Shown here: positions 58,719 to 64,000 of the stretch, one piece after another | Numbering within the stretch: position 1 is the stretch's first letter | Layout: the number at the start of each line of letters is the position of its first letter | From: Eledone cirrhosa | Lineage: Eukaryota | Direction of reading: 5' to 3' | NCBI GenBank assembly: GCA_964016885.1 | Contig: OZ024760.1 | Location: forward strand, 28,024,001 to 28,088,000 | DNA: 64,000 nt | Translations under genes and position numbers: made by a program | The notes under the pieces: model-generated | Databases searched by the model: none | Seen by the model: only the letters and a program-made list of their open reading frames with translations | Told to the model about the DNA's origin: nothing

Positions 58719-59206
58719 ACGCACATACATATGGGTGTACGAACTAGCTGTTGAAACGCAAGATCGGGGTTCCGATTATTTATAATATATTTGTGTGTGT
58801 GTGTGTGTGTTTATATATATTGTTATATTTGGGGAGGGTCATATTGTTACAATATTGCCAGAAATATATAATAAATCACATTCACTGTTTGGTGTGGATT
58901 GGTTTTCGTTTCCGTATATTTTATATCCTTGTCAACAGGATGTAGCCGTCCCTCGATGAAGTTGTATCTCGTTGGGGGTTTCTAGGGGTGTTTTAATGGC
59001 AGGGGCCCTAATCTTGTCGTGAAAACCAACACGGGATGAGGTGTCTTGCAACCTTAACAACTACACTATGCGGCGTCAATGAGACAGAATATGGAAAGTG
59101 GCGAACAAAAATCGGTCGGAAGGGTTTTGGTTACATACATAGATATACATGCACAAGTTCTATGATAATAAATATTGCGAAAAATGATATAAACGGAATT
59201 ATTTTA

Positions 59207-59800
59207 AGCGGTTGGTTGGCAGTATCGGTAGAGTGTCGGACAAAATGTTTTACAGGAATGAGTTACGGCCCTTTACGGTCTAAGTTCAAATCCCCTCGAG
59301 GTAACTTTGCCTTTCATCCTTACGGGATCGATAAAATAAAGTACCAGTAATGTACTGAGATAATTGCTGGCCATGTACCAAAAGTAGCAACCATTATTAT
59401 TTGGCAGTATCGGTAGAGGGTTGGACGCCATGCTTTGCAGCATAGAGTTACGGCCTTTTACGGTCTGAGTTCAAATCCCGCCGAGGTTATCTTTGCCTTT
59501 CATCCTTACGGGGGTCGATAAAATAAAGTACCAGTAATACACTGGATAATTGCTGGCCTTGTGCCCAAAGTAGAAACATTTATTATTTGTCAGGTAAACT
59601 TTGCCTTTCATTTTTACGGGGTCGATAAAATAAAGTACCAGTAATACACTGGATAATTGCTGGCCTTGTGCCAAAAGTAGAAACATTTATTATTTGGCAG
59701 GTAAACTTTGCCTTTCATTTTTACGGGGTCGATAAAATAAAGTACCAGTAATGCATTGGAATAATTGCTGGCCTTGTGCCCAAAGTAAAAACAATTATTT
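59207..59800 (+). mobile_element. Two tandem SINEs followed by duplicated tails
   Basis: Same family as the 22.4-23.3 kb cluster. The tail gataaaataaagtaccag occurs four times. Confidence 0.8.
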
Positions 59801-60092
59801 AAAATGTTGTCAATATTGGTGGCTAGCAACGGAATAATTCCAGTTCAAACATATTTGTTAGAAATGAGACAAAAATGACAGAAAGCTTGTAAACCGTTCT
59901 GGAAGGTTCTTCGAATGTTAATTTATTATTGGTTGGTTCCGTATCGGTATTGGCATTTCTCGCATTCTTTTATAGCTGCAGGCTTTGACAACAACTGACA
60001 ACACCTCCTAACGCCACCACCACCGCTGTCTCACGTCAATAACACGATCATCGCCTGACCTTTGTCACATTAACGCATTAATATTTGTGTGA

Positions 60093-60151
<59 letters not shown>

Positions 60152-60160
<9 letters not shown>

Positions 60161-60254
60161 GACGTAAATAAGAAATTTATGAAAATTGACTTACTTACTA
60201 AAATTTTTAGTAAGTAAGTCAATTTTCATAACTTTCTTATTTACGCCTTTCATA
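60152..60254. repeat. ~100-bp palindrome adjoining (TA)n
   Basis: atatgaaag..ttactaaaa/ttttagtaa..ctttcatat. Confidence 0.75.
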
Positions 60255-60586
60255 TAATTGTTCTGCATCCCCCTGCATAGAACCACAAAGTTACTAAGAC
60301 AAAACATATATATCTGCTAGCGTAGGTATGCATCTGTATACATATGTCGGTAGATATATTAAATCTTTATATATATATATGTGTGTGTGTATGTATGTAT
60401 GTGTGTGTATGTATATGTGTGTGTATGTATGTATGTATGTGTGTATATGTGTGTGAGTATATGTGTGTATGTGTGTGTGTGTGTGTGTTTGTGTTTGTAT
60501 GTGTGTGTGTGTATATGTATCTATATATGTGTGTGTGCATATGTGTATATATGTGTGTGTGTGCGTATATGTGTATATATGTGTAT

Positions 60587-60618
<32 letters not shown>

Positions 60619-60981
60619 GTATGTATATATGTATGTGTACATATATATGTATATGTGTGTATATGTGTGTATATATATGTGTGTTAATATATATGTGTTA
60701 ATATATATATATGTATATATATATGTATAACGGTTGTATATGTGTATATATATGTATGTATATGTGTATGTGTGTATATATGTGTATATGTGTGTATATA
60801 TATGTTAATATATATGTTAATATATATGTTAATATATATGTTAATATATATGTTAATATATATGTTAATATATATGTATATATATATATATATAAGTGTA
60901 TATATATATGTGTATATATATATATATATGTGTATATATATATATATGTGTATATATATATATGTATATGTATATGTGTGC

Positions 60982-61029
<48 letters not shown>

Positions 61030-61124
61030 GTATATATATATGTATATATATATATATATGTATATATATATGTATATGTATATATATATGTATATATATA
61101 TATATGTATATGTATATATATATG

Positions 61125-61179
<55 letters not shown>

Positions 61180-61187
61180 ATATGTAT

Positions 61188-61225
<38 letters not shown>

Positions 61226-61268
61226 ATATATATATATATGTATATATGTATATATATGTATATATATA

Positions 61269-61316
<48 letters not shown>

Positions 61317-61351
61317 TACATATATATATATACATATATATACATATATAC

Positions 61352-61398
<47 letters not shown>

Positions 61399-61399
61399 C

Positions 61400-61432
<33 letters not shown>

Positions 61433-61469
61433 CATGTATATATACATATATATATACATATATATATAC

Positions 61470-61500
<31 letters not shown>

Positions 61501-61502
61501 CA

Positions 61503-61728
<226 letters not shown>

Positions 61729-61740
61729 CATATATATGAA

Positions 61741-64000
61741 TATAGACATAGAATATTCGAAAATATTCTGTATGTTTATAATAAACATTTTGAAGACCTA
61801 ATCGCTATAGAATAGAATACGTCACGTATTACAATTAGATTCTCGATAAAAGCAAGGGAAGTAATCTACGCGTTTCATTCTTGTTAGAAATCATCAGGAC
61901 TACATATCCAGTGCTTTTATCGAGAATGACACAGCTAGAGACTTATAGAATACTTAGCTGTGTACAGGAACTGGTTTGAAAGAGCGGTTGCCGGTCCGGC
62001 AGAAATTAGAAATTGGAATAAATGCTCTGAAATAGCGATATATATGTGAATATAGACATAGAATATTCGAAAATATTCTGTATGTTTATAATAAACATTT
62101 TGAAGACCTAATCGCTATAGAATAGAATACGTCACGTATTACAATTAGATTCTCGATAAAAGCAAGGGAAGTAATCTACGCGTTTCATTCTTGTTAGAAA
62201 TCATCAGGACTACATATCCAGTGCTTTTATCGAGAATGACACAGCTAGAGACTTATAGAATACTTAGCTGTGTACAGGAACTGTTTTGAAAGAGCGGTTG
62301 CCGGTCCGGCAGAAATTAGAAATTGGAATAAATGCTCTGAAATAGCGATATATATGTGAATATAGACATAGAATATTCGAAAATATTCTGTATGTTTATA
62401 ATAAACATTTTGAAGACCTAATCGCTATAGAATAGAATACGTCACGTATTACAATTAGATTCTCGATAAAAGCAAGGGAAGTAATCTACGCGTTTCATTC
62501 TTGTTAGAAATCATCAGGACTACATATCCAGTGCTTTTATCGAGAATGACACAGCTAGAGACTTATAGAATACTTAGCTGTGTACAGGAACTGGTTTGAA
62601 AGAGCGGTTGCCGGTCCGGCAGAAATTAGAAATTGGAATAAATGCTCTGAAATAGCGATATATATGTGAATATAGACATAGAATATTCGAAAATATTCTG
62701 TATGTTTATAATAAACATTTTGAAGACCTAATCACTATAGAATAGAATACGTCACGTATTACAATTAGATTCTCGATAAAAGCAAGGGAAGTAATCTACG
62801 CGTTTCATTCTTGTTAGAAATCATCAGGACTACATATCCAGTGCTTTTATCGAGAATGACACAGCTAGAGACTTATAGAATACTTAGCTGTGTACAGGAA
62901 CTGGTTTGAAAGAGCGGTTGCCGGTCCGGCAGAAATTAGAAATTGGAATAAATGCTCTGAAATAGCGATATATATGTGAATATAGACATAGAATATTCGA
63001 AAATATTCTGTATGTTTATAATAAACATTTTGAAGACCTAATCGCTATAGAATAGAATACGTCACGTATTACAATTAGATTCTCGATAAAAGCAAGGGAA
63101 GTAATCTACGCGTTTCATTCTTGTTAGAAATCATCAGGACTACATATCCAGTGCTTTTATCGAGAATGACACAGCTAGAGACTTATAGAATACTTAGCTG
63201 TGTACAGGAACTGGTTTGAAAGAGCGGTTGCCGGTCCGGCAGAAATTAGAAATTGGAATAAATGCTCTGAAATAGCGATATATATGTGAATATAGACATA
63301 GAATATTCGAAAATATTCTGTATGTTTATAATAAACATTTTGAAGACCTAATCGCTATAGAATAGAATACGTCACGTATTACAATTAGATTCTCGATAAA
63401 AGCAAGGGAAGTAATCTACGCGTTTCATTCTTGTTATAAATCATCAGGACTACATATCCAGTGCTTTTATCGAGAATGACACAGCTAGAGACTTATAGAA
63501 TACTTAGCTGTGTACAGGAACTGGTTTGAAAGAGCGGTTGCCGGTCCGGCAGAAATTAGAAATTGGAATAAATGCTCTGAAATAGCGATATATATGTGAA
63601 TATAGACATAGAATATTCGAAAATATTCTGTATGTTTATAATAAACATTTTGAAGACCTAATCGCTATAGAATAGAATACGTCACGTATTACAATTAGAT
63701 TCTCGATAAAAGCAAGGGAAGTAATCTACGCGTTTCATTCTTGTTAGAAATCATCAGGACTACATATCCAGTGCTTTTATCGAGAATGACACAGCTAGAG
63801 ACTTATAGAATACTTAGCTGTGTACAGGAACTGGTTTGAAAGAGCGGTTGCCGGTCCGGCAGAAATTAGAAATTGGAATAAATGCTCTGAAATAGCGATA
63901 TATATGTGAATATAGACATATAATATTCGAAAATATTCTGTATGTTTATAATAAACATTTTGAAGACCTAATCGCTATAGAATAGAATACGTCACGTATT
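61741..64000 (-). repeat. 310-bp tandem array (7 full units plus a partial one, running off the window) with one hammerhead per unit; retrozyme candidate
   Basis: tatagacata starts at 61741, 62051, 62361, 62671, 62981, 63291, 63601 and 63911. Units differ only by isolated substitutions. Confidence 0.95.
61861..61903 (-). ncRNA. Type I hammerhead ribozyme (repeated every 310 bp)
   Basis: Minus strand: gtagtc CTGATGA tttct aaca agaat GAAA cgcg TA gattac. 6-bp stem I (one G-U), palindromic stem III ACGCGU, predicted cut after GUA (61867/61866). Confidence 0.85.

Overview
AT-rich, repeat-saturated animal DNA with no recognisable host gene. The (TA)n/(CA)n density and the SINE tails resemble octopus genomes, but the organism is my inference. 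Almost all ORF-track entries are microsatellite translations. Real coding remnants are all transposon-derived: a 5'-truncated CR1/L2-group LINE RT ORF (29638-32073, -), a Penelope-like RT-end plus GIY-YIG ORF of Naiad type (38986-40155, +) with an inverted terminal repeat, a deleted mariner, a pogo fragment, and Helitron, RTE and CR1 end fragments. The main signal is RNA-level. About twenty loci from many unrelated families carry minimal type I hammerhead ribozyme cores, mostly in small fold-back elements inserted in (TA)n tracts. These elements share an ACTC..GAGT(G/A)CT hairpin in their unpaired tails. A 310-bp tandem array (61741-64000) carries one intact hammerhead per unit and looks like a retrozyme. 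Five copies of a ~610-bp bipartite RTE derivative are present, four of which keep a canonical C2H2 finger. A 13/12-bp satellite has expanded from inside a pogo transposase. All folds and alignments were read by eye.
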